Positions 1 through 8,355 of a DNA stretch of 64,000 nt are shown here, in pieces. Source of the stretch: Candidatus Amesbacteria bacterium GW2011_GWB1_47_19 (lineage in GTDB: Bacteria; Patescibacteriota; Microgenomatia; CAZETR01; Amesbacteraceae); contig LCNZ01000001.1 of NCBI GenBank assembly GCA_001002325.1, forward strand, positions 67,773-131,772, given 5' to 3'. Numbering within the stretch: the stretch's first letter is position 1; every line of letters starts with the position of its first letter. The translations under genes and the position numbers were made by a program. Under the pieces are notes generated by a model. That model had not been told where the DNA came from, ran no database searches, and worked only from the letters and a program-made list of their open reading frames with translations.

Positions 1-1
1 G

Positions 2-427
2 ATGATAAATAAAGTGTTGATACTCAAGGGATTACCGGCGAGCGGGAAGACGACGTATGCGCTAGAATTGATGGCGAAATCCCCGGGAAAATATATACGG
101 GTAAGCAAGGATGAAACCAGGGAAATGATTTATGGTAAACGATGGACCAAACAGGGTGAACCGCTAGTATTGGCAATCAGGGATGAAATAATCAAATTAG
201 CTTTAAAAGAAAAGAAAGATGTAATAGTAGACGATACTAATTTAAATCCGTATCACATAAAAAGAATTAATAAGATTGTCGGAGATAAAGCAGAGATGGA
301 AATTGTGGATTTTACACAGGTGTCGGTTGAGGTATGTATTGAGAGAGATAAGCAACGTGACCGGTCGGTAGGAGAGAGAATAATTCGAGAAATGCACCTC
401 AAGTATGTAAAATCGGCTGATGATTGA
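2..427 (+). CDS. P-loop NTPase/kinase (AAA_33 / polynucleotide-kinase-like ATP-binding protein)
   Basis: N-terminal Walker A motif GLPASGKTT. The protein is small (141 aa) with the kinase-like DDTN/KR pattern. The start at position 2 is near the window edge, so an upstream extension is possible. Confidence 0.5.
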   Translation: MINKVLILKGLPASGKTTYALELMAKSPGKYIRVSKDETREMIYGKRWTKQGEPLVLAIRDEIIKLALKEKKDVIVDDTNLNPYHIKRINKIVGDKAEMEIVDFTQVSVEVCIERDKQRDRSVGERIIREMHLKYVKSADD

Positions 428-1187
428 TGTGCATTGTCATCTCACTGATGAAAAGTTTAAGGGTGAGATAGGGGAAATTATTGTTAAAGCCAGGGGGGCG
501 GGGGTGAAGGCTATGGTAAATAACGCGGGGAATTTAGAGGAAAGCCGAAGGGGCGTGGAACTGGCGGAGAAATATGAGGAAGTGTGGACGACCGTCGGGA
601 TACATCCCGACGAAATTTTCAATTTACAATTTTCAATTTACAATCAATTACTTAATTTAACAAATCACAAAAAAGTTGTGGCTGTGGGTGAGACAGGGTT
701 GGATTTCAGGAACGGAATAACGGGAGAGGAGAAGGAAAGACAAACAGAACTGTTCAGGTGGAACCTGGAACTGGCCAAGGAAGCCGGTCTACCGGTGGTG
801 GTGCATTGCAGAAATGCTTTTGCAGAAGTATTTGAGATTGTTGAAAGCGCCGGTATAACCGGACAGATGCATTGTTTTACCGGGAGTATGGATTGGATGA
901 ATAAATTTGCGGATGCGGGTTGGTATATCAGTTTCGGGGGAATTATCACTTTTAAAAAAAGCCGGGAATTAAGAGAGGTGGTCAGGGCGGTACCCGAAGA
1001 TAAGATTCTCATTGAAACGGATGCGCCTTATCTGTCTCCGGAGCCGGTAAGAGGGGAAAGGAACGAACCGGCAAATATAGTAAGAGTTGCGGAGGTGATT
1101 GCCGAAGAGAGAGGGGTGACTTTGGACGATGTGTGCCGGTTTACAGCGACAAATGCGGTAAGATTGTTTAGTAAACTAAAGTTATGA
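420..1187 (+). CDS. tatD: TatD family metal-dependent DNase/hydrolase
   Basis: Begins IDVHCHL and contains GETGLD, VVHCR and ETDAPYL, the TatD signature blocks. An AT-rich heptamer-repeat insertion (FNLQFSIYNQLLNL) sits at nt 617-670. Confidence 0.85.
   Translation: MIDVHCHLTDEKFKGEIGEIIVKARGAGVKAMVNNAGNLEESRRGVELAEKYEEVWTTVGIHPDEIFNLQFSIYNQLLNLTNHKKVVAVGETGLDFRNGITGEEKERQTELFRWNLELAKEAGLPVVVHCRNAFAEVFEIVESAGITGQMHCFTGSMDWMNKFADAGWYISFGGIITFKKSRELREVVRAVPEDKILIETDAPYLSPEPVRGERNEPANIVRVAEVIAEERGVTLDDVCRFTATNAVRLFSKLKL
617..670. repeat. AT-rich heptamer tandem repeat (TTCAATT/TACAATT)n inserted in-frame in tatD
   Basis: ttcaatttacaattttcaatttacaatcaattacttaattta read directly. It is a local AT spike in a roughly 50% GC gene. 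Confidence 0.8.
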
Positions 1188-2647
1188 CCAGAAGAAGAGT
1201 GATGGAAATCGTACCGGGATTTATTTCCTGGAATATGATTTTGTTTTTGGTGTGGGGAGGTTATTTTTTCCCGATATTTACATCTTATTTCATCCTGGCT
1301 TTCGATGTTTACTGGGTGTACAGAGGGCTATCACTAACGGTGGCGGCAGTGTTGTCTCATTTCCGGATGCGGGCAACTGAAGCTACTGATTGGATGCGGG
1401 AGGTAAGAGGTTTCGGAGACTGGGAGAAGGTACGGCATGTGGTGATGATCATGGTGGCTAATGAACCATTGGATGTGTATACGCGGACGGTCGAAGCCCT
1501 GACCGTGCAGACTTTTCCATTAAAACAGATTGCCGTGGTGCTGGCGACGGAAGGGAGATATCCGAGGGGAAATGCCGATTGCGAGATTCTGAAAAAAAGA
1601 ATGGGGGATAAATTCGGAGAATTCTTAATTACCGTACATCCGGCTGATATTGCCGGGGAGATAAAAGGCAAGTCCTCCAATGAAGCCTGGGCTTCCCGGG
1701 AGGCGAAAAGAATTCTGGTAGATGAAAAGGGATGGGATATCCAGTTTATGACGATCACTTCCAATGATGCAGATGCCATACTGCATCACCAATATTTTGC
1801 CTGTATGACATTTAAATTCCTGGATGATCCCAACCGCTACGAAAGATTTTGGCAACCGGCTATTGTTTTTTATAACAATATTTGGAGGATTCCAGCACCT
1901 ACCAGAGTAATAAATACGTTGTCCAATGTATGGCAAATAAGCCTGCTGTCACGTAAAGACAGGTTGGTAAACTTCTCCAATTACACAGCCTCGCTGGTAA
2001 TGATTGACAAGATCGGCTATTGGGATGCGGATGTCATTCCCGAAGATTACCGGGTGTTCTTTAAGGCGTTTTTCAAGTTGGAGGGCAGAGTGGAAGTGGA
2101 ACCCATCTTTTTGTCTTCCAGCGCAGACGCCGCAGAATCGATAAGTACCTGGAAAACTTTCATAAACGACTATGAACAGAAAAAGAGGTGGGCTTGGGGG
2201 GTGTCCGACCTGCCCTTGTTTGCGGAGATGTATTTCAAACAGCCCGGTGTATCGTTCCTGAATAAAACACTGAGAATGATCAGGGTGGCGGCGGATCATC
2301 TGTTGTGGCCGGTGAACTGGTTTATTATCACCGTAGGAGTCTCCATAGTGACGCTGGTAAACCCGGTGTTTAAAAGAACTGCCTTGGGGTACATGCTGCC
2401 CAGAATATCGTCCGGAATCCTGACTGTGACTCTGGTGTTTTTGGCGATATTGCTAATAGTGGAATTACGGTCACGCCCTCCCAGACCGAAGGACATACCA
2501 AAGTGGCGAGTGTGGCTGACTCCCCTGGAGTTTGTACTGATGCCGGTAGCCGGATTTTTTTTCAACGCGCTACCGGGATTGGATGCGCATACCCGGCTGA
2601 TGCTGGGCAAGTATATAGAGTATCGGGTCACCGAAAAAGTTAAATAA
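1184..2647 (+). CDS. membrane glycosyltransferase, family 2-like (cellulose-synthase-like architecture)
   Basis: N-terminal TM helices, a central cytoplasmic domain with D..D-type motifs (VMIMVANEPLDV, TSNDADAIL), and C-terminal TM helices. The start is coupled to the tatD stop (ATGA overlap). Confidence 0.5.
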   Translation: MTRRRVMEIVPGFISWNMILFLVWGGYFFPIFTSYFILAFDVYWVYRGLSLTVAAVLSHFRMRATEATDWMREVRGFGDWEKVRHVVMIMVANEPLDVYTRTVEALTVQTFPLKQIAVVLATEGRYPRGNADCEILKKRMGDKFGEFLITVHPADIAGEIKGKSSNEAWASREAKRILVDEKGWDIQFMTITSNDADAILHHQYFACMTFKFLDDPNRYERFWQPAIVFYNNIWRIPAPTRVINTLSNVWQISLLSRKDRLVNFSNYTASLVMIDKIGYWDADVIPEDYRVFFKAFFKLEGRVEVEPIFLSSSADAAESISTWKTFINDYEQKKRWAWGVSDLPLFAEMYFKQPGVSFLNKTLRMIRVAADHLLWPVNWFIITVGVSIVTLVNPVFKRTALGYMLPRISSGILTVTLVFLAILLIVELRSRPPRPKDIPKWRVWLTPLEFVLMPVAGFFFNALPGLDAHTRLMLGKYIEYRVTEKVK

Positions 2648-2690
2648 CCAGTCAGTTGATAGTTCCCGCTAATTAGTAAATAATTGATTT

Positions 2691-4157
2691 ATGGCAGGCA
2701 GCCTAGAAAAGTGGGAAAGGAAATGGGGGTGGCTGGTGCTGCTTTTAGCGGTGGTGCTGTGTCTGAGACTGCCGAGCTTATTTGAACCATACTGGTACGG
2801 AGACGAAGGAATATATCTGGCAGTCGGCAGGGCGATAAGAGCGGGAGCGCATCTGTATAGCGGAGTTCACGATAATAAGCCCCCTTTTTTGTACCTGGCG
2901 GCGGCCTTGGCCGGGGGCAGTTTATTTTGGTTTAAATTCATAACCCTCACATGGAGTCTGATGACGATTCTGGTGTTTACCAAGCTGGCGCAAAAAGTAT
3001 TTACCGAAAGGTCCGGGGTTGTTAAGACTGTGGTGTGGGTCTTTGCTCTACTGACGGCCATTCCCATCTGGGAAGGAAACATCGCCAATGCGGAGCTGTA
3101 TTTTCTGCTGCCGACGATGGGGGCAGCTTATCTTCTGTGGAATAAACATCCGGATCTTAAAAAAATATGGTGGGCTGGTGTATTACTGGGCCTGGCAGGG
3201 TTATTTAAAATGCCGGCAATTCTGGAGGCCGGAGTATGGCCGGTGGTGTGGCTAATAGGACACGAGGAAAGGCGGGGATGGTGGCGAAAGAGCCTGGTTT
3301 TGGCGGCTGGAGTGGCCGTACCGATAGGGGTAAGCATTTTGTATTACGCAGCGGCCGGGGCAGGCAAGGAGTATTTTGCGGCAGCCTGGGCTCAAAACCT
3401 GCCATACCTCTCGACGTGGAAAGCCGGCGGGGGGAGTGGTATCTACTCACTGGGCGGGAGACTGGCGGCAGGAGTGCTGTTGATGATACCCCTAGTTATA
3501 AAGTATAAGAGCCTGGGAAGAAAAGGGGGCATAATTGCCGTGTGGGGATTGATAACGCTTTTTGCCTCTCTATTATCGGGAAGACCATACCCCCATTATT
3601 TGCTGCAGATGGCAGGTGTGGTGGCCCTGGCAACTGGACTGCTGATCAGAGGAGAGAGGGCGGAAAAGGCGATAGCCGGGACTTTTGGGGTGCTGATTGC
3701 GGCGGCTTTTATCGCTTTTAAATTCTATGTTTATCCGGTTACCGGGTATTACGTTAATTATGCACAATGGGTAACCGGGGTAAAAACAAAAACAGAGTAT
3801 TTCGGGTGGTTTAACCCCCAGGTCAACAGAAATTATGAAATTGCGGCGGAAATTATGGCTGGAAGTACACCTCACGACCGGGTGTTTATCTGGGGTGATG
3901 AACCCATGATTTATCCTATGGCGAAAAGATTGCCTGCGACTAAATATATTGTGGAGTACCATATCAAGGATTTTAAAGGTTTTAGAGAGACCATCTACAG
4001 TTTGACCGAACAACCGCCGAAATATATTGTCAGTTTCGGTTCTGAGGAGGAGCTGCCGGGACTGGCGGAGCTGTTGGGAAGAAAATACAAGACTGAGAAG
4101 ATGGTGGGGAATGCAAAAATATTCCGGTTGTCGGCCGTGGTGAGCTGGGAAAGGTAA
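2691..4157 (+). CDS. GT-C fold glycosyltransferase, family 39/83 (ArnT/PMT-like)
   Basis: Polytopic membrane protein with YWYGDEGIY...HDNKPPFLY near the N-terminus, typical of ArnT/PMT-family GT-C enzymes that use polyprenyl-phosphate sugar donors. Confidence 0.6.
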   Translation: MAGSLEKWERKWGWLVLLLAVVLCLRLPSLFEPYWYGDEGIYLAVGRAIRAGAHLYSGVHDNKPPFLYLAAALAGGSLFWFKFITLTWSLMTILVFTKLAQKVFTERSGVVKTVVWVFALLTAIPIWEGNIANAELYFLLPTMGAAYLLWNKHPDLKKIWWAGVLLGLAGLFKMPAILEAGVWPVVWLIGHEERRGWWRKSLVLAAGVAVPIGVSILYYAAAGAGKEYFAAAWAQNLPYLSTWKAGGGSGIYSLGGRLAAGVLLMIPLVIKYKSLGRKGGIIAVWGLITLFASLLSGRPYPHYLLQMAGVVALATGLLIRGERAEKAIAGTFGVLIAAAFIAFKFYVYPVTGYYVNYAQWVTGVKTKTEYFGWFNPQVNRNYEIAAEIMAGSTPHDRVFIWGDEPMIYPMAKRLPATKYIVEYHIKDFKGFRETIYSLTEQPPKYIVSFGSEEELPGLAELLGRKYKTEKMVGNAKIFRLSAVVSWER

Positions 4158-4176
4158 AGGGATATATAATTGGGAA

Positions 4177-4527
4177 ATGGATAAGGGATCCTGGGAACAA
4201 GCGATGGTGAGGCTGACCGGTTGGAATTGGATGGTACTGGCAGGTGTCGTTGCGGCCGGATTGGGGATCGGGGGTTTTTTCGGAAGAGAGATTCCTCCGG
4301 AAGTCCCTTTGTGGTACAGCCGGCCGTGGGGCGGGGAGCAGCTGGCAAAACCGGTGTGGTTGATTTTACCCATACTGCTCTCGGCAGGTGTGGGGTTGGG
4401 GATTCAACTGATCGCCTGGCGACTAAAATCAGAGCCGGTGCTGGCAACTATAATTCTAGCGGGAGGTATTGTGGGACAGTTGATACTGGGGTTGGGGTTA
4501 TTGCGAATAGTACTTTTAGTAACCTGA
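4177..4527 (+). CDS. small polytopic membrane protein (possibly GtrA-like)
   Basis: 116 aa, mostly hydrophobic helices, placed between glycosyltransferase genes. Confidence 0.3.
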   Translation: MDKGSWEQAMVRLTGWNWMVLAGVVAAGLGIGGFFGREIPPEVPLWYSRPWGGEQLAKPVWLILPILLSAGVGLGIQLIAWRLKSEPVLATIILAGGIVGQLILGLGLLRIVLLVT

Positions 4528-4528
4528 T

Positions 4529-5617
4529 ATGGAAATGTGGGGAGGCGGCTTCTGGGCACCCCTAATTGTTGCAGGGGTGGTGTCGTATTTGGCAAGCAAG
4601 CTGATGGTGAAATGGGGAGACAGGCTGGGTATTGTTGATGATCCCAAGAAACATAAACTGCCCAAGGTAGTACACGAATACCCGGTACCGCGAGGAGGCG
4701 GAATTCCCATATGGGCCGCTTTGCTGGCAGGGATAGTAATCTTTTTGCCTACCAACGGCCGGGTATGGGGTTTGGCGGCGGCAGCGACGATTTTGGCGAT
4801 AACCGGTTTTTTGGATGATAAATACGAGGAAAGAATTTCGCCATTTGTACGATTGGGTGTGAATATTCTGGCGGCGTTGGTGGTCATAGGAGTGGGTATC
4901 GGGATTGCTTACATCACCAACCCATGGGGAGGGGTATTCCGCCTGGATATACCACAATGGTGCCTGGGAACGCATTGCATTTGGATTTTGGCTGATATTT
5001 TTGCCCTGGTATGGCTGGTGTGGATGCAGAATATTGTGGGGTGGAGTACCGGGGTGGACGGGCAGATGCCGGGGTTTGTGGTAATCGCTGCAGTCACGAT
5101 AGCAGTAATGGGGCAGAGGTTCTCGGGAGACTTTTCACAATGGCCAGTGGTGACGTTGGCGGGAATCACGGCCGGAGCATATCTCGGGTTTCTGCCATGG
5201 AATTTCTATCCCCAAAAAATTATGCCCGGTTACGGCGGGAAAAGTATGGCGGGATTTTTACTGGGAGTACTGGCAATTATGTCCGGCGCCAAAGTCGGTG
5301 CCATGGCCCTGGTGCTGGGTGTACCGTTTGTGGATGCTTTTTGGGTAATCATCAAGCGGTTGAGAGAAGGAAGGCTGCCAGTCTGGGGAGGACGGGAACA
5401 TCTGCACCATTATCTGTTGGGCTTAGGCTGGGGGAAGAGAAGAATTGCCTTGTTTTACTGGGCCATGTCTTTAGTATTTGCTCTGGCGGCATTGCAATTG
5501 AATAGCCGGTCCAAGTACTTTACAATGGCGGCAGCAGCTTTGGTGCTGACAGGAGCTGTTTTATGGTTGCAAAAATGGTCGACTTACTCAAAACAGCCAG
5601 ACCGCGACAGTGGGTGA
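4529..5617 (+). CDS. polyprenyl-phosphate N-acetylhexosamine-1-phosphate transferase (MraY/WecA family, GT4)
   Basis: Polytopic membrane protein with GIVDDPKKHKLPK...PRGGGIPIW...ITGFLDDKYE, the MraY/WecA conserved blocks. Confidence 0.75.
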   Translation: MEMWGGGFWAPLIVAGVVSYLASKLMVKWGDRLGIVDDPKKHKLPKVVHEYPVPRGGGIPIWAALLAGIVIFLPTNGRVWGLAAAATILAITGFLDDKYEERISPFVRLGVNILAALVVIGVGIGIAYITNPWGGVFRLDIPQWCLGTHCIWILADIFALVWLVWMQNIVGWSTGVDGQMPGFVVIAAVTIAVMGQRFSGDFSQWPVVTLAGITAGAYLGFLPWNFYPQKIMPGYGGKSMAGFLLGVLAIMSGAKVGAMALVLGVPFVDAFWVIIKRLREGRLPVWGGREHLHHYLLGLGWGKRRIALFYWAMSLVFALAALQLNSRSKYFTMAAAALVLTGAVLWLQKWSTYSKQPDRDSG

Positions 5618-6510
5618 AAAACCTGACTCTGTATGCGGCACTGGTGTTTACCGGGAATATATACTCGACCCAGGTGTGGATTAATGACTTCTGGAAAGTA
5701 ACCGGTGCAGTGGTGGCCTTTACTGTTGTAGCCAGTGCGATATATTTTCTTAACGATCTGATGGATGTCAAGGCCGACCAGGCACATCCTTTTAAACGCA
5801 GGCGACCAATTGCTTCGGGCAGAATCAGCAGGCAGACGGCGCTGGTCGTTTTCGGGATGGGGACCATAATCGGGTTGTGGTGGTCTTACCTATTGTCACC
5901 ACTGTATTTGACGATTGTCCTGGGTTACTGGGGAATGCAGGTATTGTATTCGCTGTGGCTGAAAAATCTAGAGGTGGTGGATGTATTTGTCATTGCGTTG
6001 GGCTTCTTTTTGAGAGTGTTTGCGGGTGCGATAGTGATTAATGCTCATTTATCAATCTGGTTTTTGCTGTGCGTGATTTCCACTTCGCTATTTCTGGCTG
6101 TGGGTAAAAGAAGGGCGGAAATGGCAATACTATCCCAACAGGGGGCAACTCTACACCGGAAAGTAATGGGTAAGTACTCTCCGGATATTTTGGATACATA
6201 TTTATCCATGTTCTCAACTGCAGCGTTTTTGTCCTGGGCTTTGTTTACCTTTAATTTTTACGAACAGATCAGCCCCGCTGTAACTCCCGCGAGTCTAGTC
6301 TTAATTTCCCGGACGTTGACAATTAACAAATGGCTGATGGCTACAATTCCGGTAGTGCTGTTCGGAATAATGAGATATATAAGGATAATTTATGACGGAG
6401 CCAGGGCAGAAACTCCGGAGAGAGTGATTTTGAAGGATGTGCCCTTGTTGGTGTCGGTATTAATTTGGGGGGCGATGGTGGTAGGGGTGCTGTATATGGG
6501 ACCCCGTTAA
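5563..6510 (+). CDS. UbiA-family prenyltransferase, decaprenyl-phosphate phosphoribosyltransferase-like
   Basis: ARPRQWVKNL...FLNDLMDVKADQAHPFKRRRPIASGRIS is the UbiA/DPPR-synthase motif. The 5' end overlaps the previous ORF, so the true start is probably the internal Met at about 5575. Confidence 0.65.
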   Translation: MVAKMVDLLKTARPRQWVKNLTLYAALVFTGNIYSTQVWINDFWKVTGAVVAFTVVASAIYFLNDLMDVKADQAHPFKRRRPIASGRISRQTALVVFGMGTIIGLWWSYLLSPLYLTIVLGYWGMQVLYSLWLKNLEVVDVFVIALGFFLRVFAGAIVINAHLSIWFLLCVISTSLFLAVGKRRAEMAILSQQGATLHRKVMGKYSPDILDTYLSMFSTAAFLSWALFTFNFYEQISPAVTPASLVLISRTLTINKWLMATIPVVLFGIMRYIRIIYDGARAETPERVILKDVPLLVSVLIWGAMVVGVLYMGPR

Positions 6511-6546
6511 TAAAATGTCTAATTACTAATTTCTAAACCAAGTCTT

Positions 6547-7506
6547 CTATTCAAATTTTTGGGCGTATTGGGAAGAGATCCAACCGGAAGTGGTAGATGA
6601 AAGGTCAACTTTGATCTGATACCAGTCTGACTGGACTCCCAACAATGGGAAGGCCTGGCCGGGTTTGACTTGGCCGATTTCACCGGCCAATTTGGACGGG
6701 GAGGACCGGACGCGGAGGAAACCGGTGGGGGTGGAGGCAATCAGGACATAGGGTTTGGCCAAGGTCGGGGGAGGAGAAGATTTGACACGAGGAGTGGGGG
6801 AAAGCCTGCCGGTAGGTGTGGCCGAGGGGGTAGCGGAAAGTGTGGGTGTGGGGATCAGAACCGTCTGGTCATTCAAGGCTGAGAGTTTGACGTTGATGGT
6901 GAGACGGAAACCGGCGACAGCCTTGGCTGTGGTGGTGCGCGAGGCAAAACCGGGTGCGGAAAAAACCAGCTGGTGGTCTCCAGGAGCGACTGAATCAACC
7001 GTCAGGGGAGTGAAGCCCTGGGGCTGTCCATCCAGAACTACGGAGACTGATTCCGGACCGGAGCTGATAACGGTCAGGCCGGAAGTCTTTGTGGATTGCG
7101 GCTGAAGACTAATAATTTCGCCCGCAGACTGGGCTTCCGAAGTGGCAAATTCGCGCTTGATGACAGTAAATACCTGATTGGTAAGCCGAACTTTGGTTTC
7201 GTAGGCGGATAGTGACGTAGAAACTGAGTCGGGAATGAGTTTGACGGTCACTTCACCAGGCTTGAAAGTATTTTCGAAAGGGGACTGTCCTACCTGAGCA
7301 TTGTCGATAAAGATTGTGGCTGTGGGAATGGTTTCGATTTTGAGGCCGGCGGTAGGCTTACGGCTTTTGAGAAAGACGACGGTTACGAAGGCGGCCACAG
7401 TACCCAGTCCCGCAAAAATAAAAATCATGGCGACGACCTTTTTAGGTGACATAAGGCGGATAATACCATAAAATCCACCAGTATTCATCGCTCGGTGAGT
7501 TGGCAC
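6547..7506 (-). CDS. PEGA-domain membrane-anchored protein with C-terminal SH3b-like domain
   Basis: N-terminal TM (VVAMIFIFAGLGTVAAFVTVVFL), a PEGA-like beta domain (IETIPTATIFIDNAQVGQSPF), an ST-rich linker and a C-terminal GWISSQYAQKFE SH3b-like end. The true start is probably the internal Met (MSPKK). Confidence 0.5.
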   Translation of the reverse strand: MPTHRAMNTGGFYGIIRLMSPKKVVAMIFIFAGLGTVAAFVTVVFLKSRKPTAGLKIETIPTATIFIDNAQVGQSPFENTFKPGEVTVKLIPDSVSTSLSAYETKVRLTNQVFTVIKREFATSEAQSAGEIISLQPQSTKTSGLTVISSGPESVSVVLDGQPQGFTPLTVDSVAPGDHQLVFSAPGFASRTTTAKAVAGFRLTINVKLSALNDQTVLIPTPTLSATPSATPTGRLSPTPRVKSSPPPTLAKPYVLIASTPTGFLRVRSSPSKLAGEIGQVKPGQAFPLLGVQSDWYQIKVDLSSTTSGWISSQYAQKFE

Positions 7507-8204
7507 TGATAGCTGGTATAAGTTTGGTATTTTCGCTGTAAGCGTGGGGCGGCTTCAAGTTGACGATAGAGATATGAGAGTATTTGCATCGCTTTGTGAC
7601 CAGAGTATCTAATTTGATAGGCACCATTACCAGAATTTATCTTTACCGGAAAATCTAATATTCTAATTACGTTAGCTAATTTCTGTGAAAGCTTTTCCAG
7701 AAAGATACGGCTTCCGCATGTGAATATTAAATGAATTCTTGGCTTATTTTTATTTCCATTAGAGACGTATATGCAACCATCACCGTCAAGATAGCCTCTG
7801 ACAAGAAAGGGTAAATATTCTTCCGATATTTCAGGAAATCTCATTCTTAATGATTTACGGGGGGTAACTCCCAGATTGATTAAGTCCTGAAACATCAGTT
7901 TGTTACCAATTCTGAGGTTGTATGTATCTTTGCTGAAAATTTTCTGTTCATGGAAGATGGTATATCTTGCAGGACGTTTATAAATTTGATGGGTTGAATG
8001 AAGTATTTCTTTTATATTTTCGAGATATGGTTTTTCTATGCTGGTCAGTGAGATGTAGCACGTTCTTGAAGATTTTCTGACATCTTCGATTGCACCGTCT
8101 GCCAAAATTAATCCTAAAACATAGGCCATGGAGGGCGACCACTTTTTAAAGAAATTTTCGTTTACTTGTTTACGGTTGTATCCGCTCCTACGGTCTATAA
8201 ACAT
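7485..8204 (-). CDS. free-standing LAGLIDADG homing endonuclease
   Basis: Two LAGLIDADG motifs (LGLILADGAI and VRGYLDGDGCI) are spaced about 100 aa apart. It lies in the intergenic spacer between the P-type ATPase and the PEGA gene. Confidence 0.75.
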   Translation of the reverse strand: MFIDRRSGYNRKQVNENFFKKWSPSMAYVLGLILADGAIEDVRKSSRTCYISLTSIEKPYLENIKEILHSTHQIYKRPARYTIFHEQKIFSKDTYNLRIGNKLMFQDLINLGVTPRKSLRMRFPEISEEYLPFLVRGYLDGDGCIYVSNGNKNKPRIHLIFTCGSRIFLEKLSQKLANVIRILDFPVKINSGNGAYQIRYSGHKAMQILSYLYRQLEAAPRLQRKYQTYTSYQCQLTER

Positions 8205-8355
8205 ATCTATTAAAATATGACCGAATATAATGCGAATATCAAGAAGGATTTGAGGTTGATCGTGGTAAAATCAAGCGTAATCGGCCAGATACCCAAGCAG
8301 TCTAAGGGGCTCGTCTGCAGAACGAGTATTCGCGGGTGCAAATCCCGCTCTGGCC

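Noticed and set aside
3573-4373. 266-aa minus-strand ORF overlapping the GT39-like gene
   Set aside because: It is fully antisense to a well-supported membrane glycosyltransferase, has no motifs, and is a shadow ORF.
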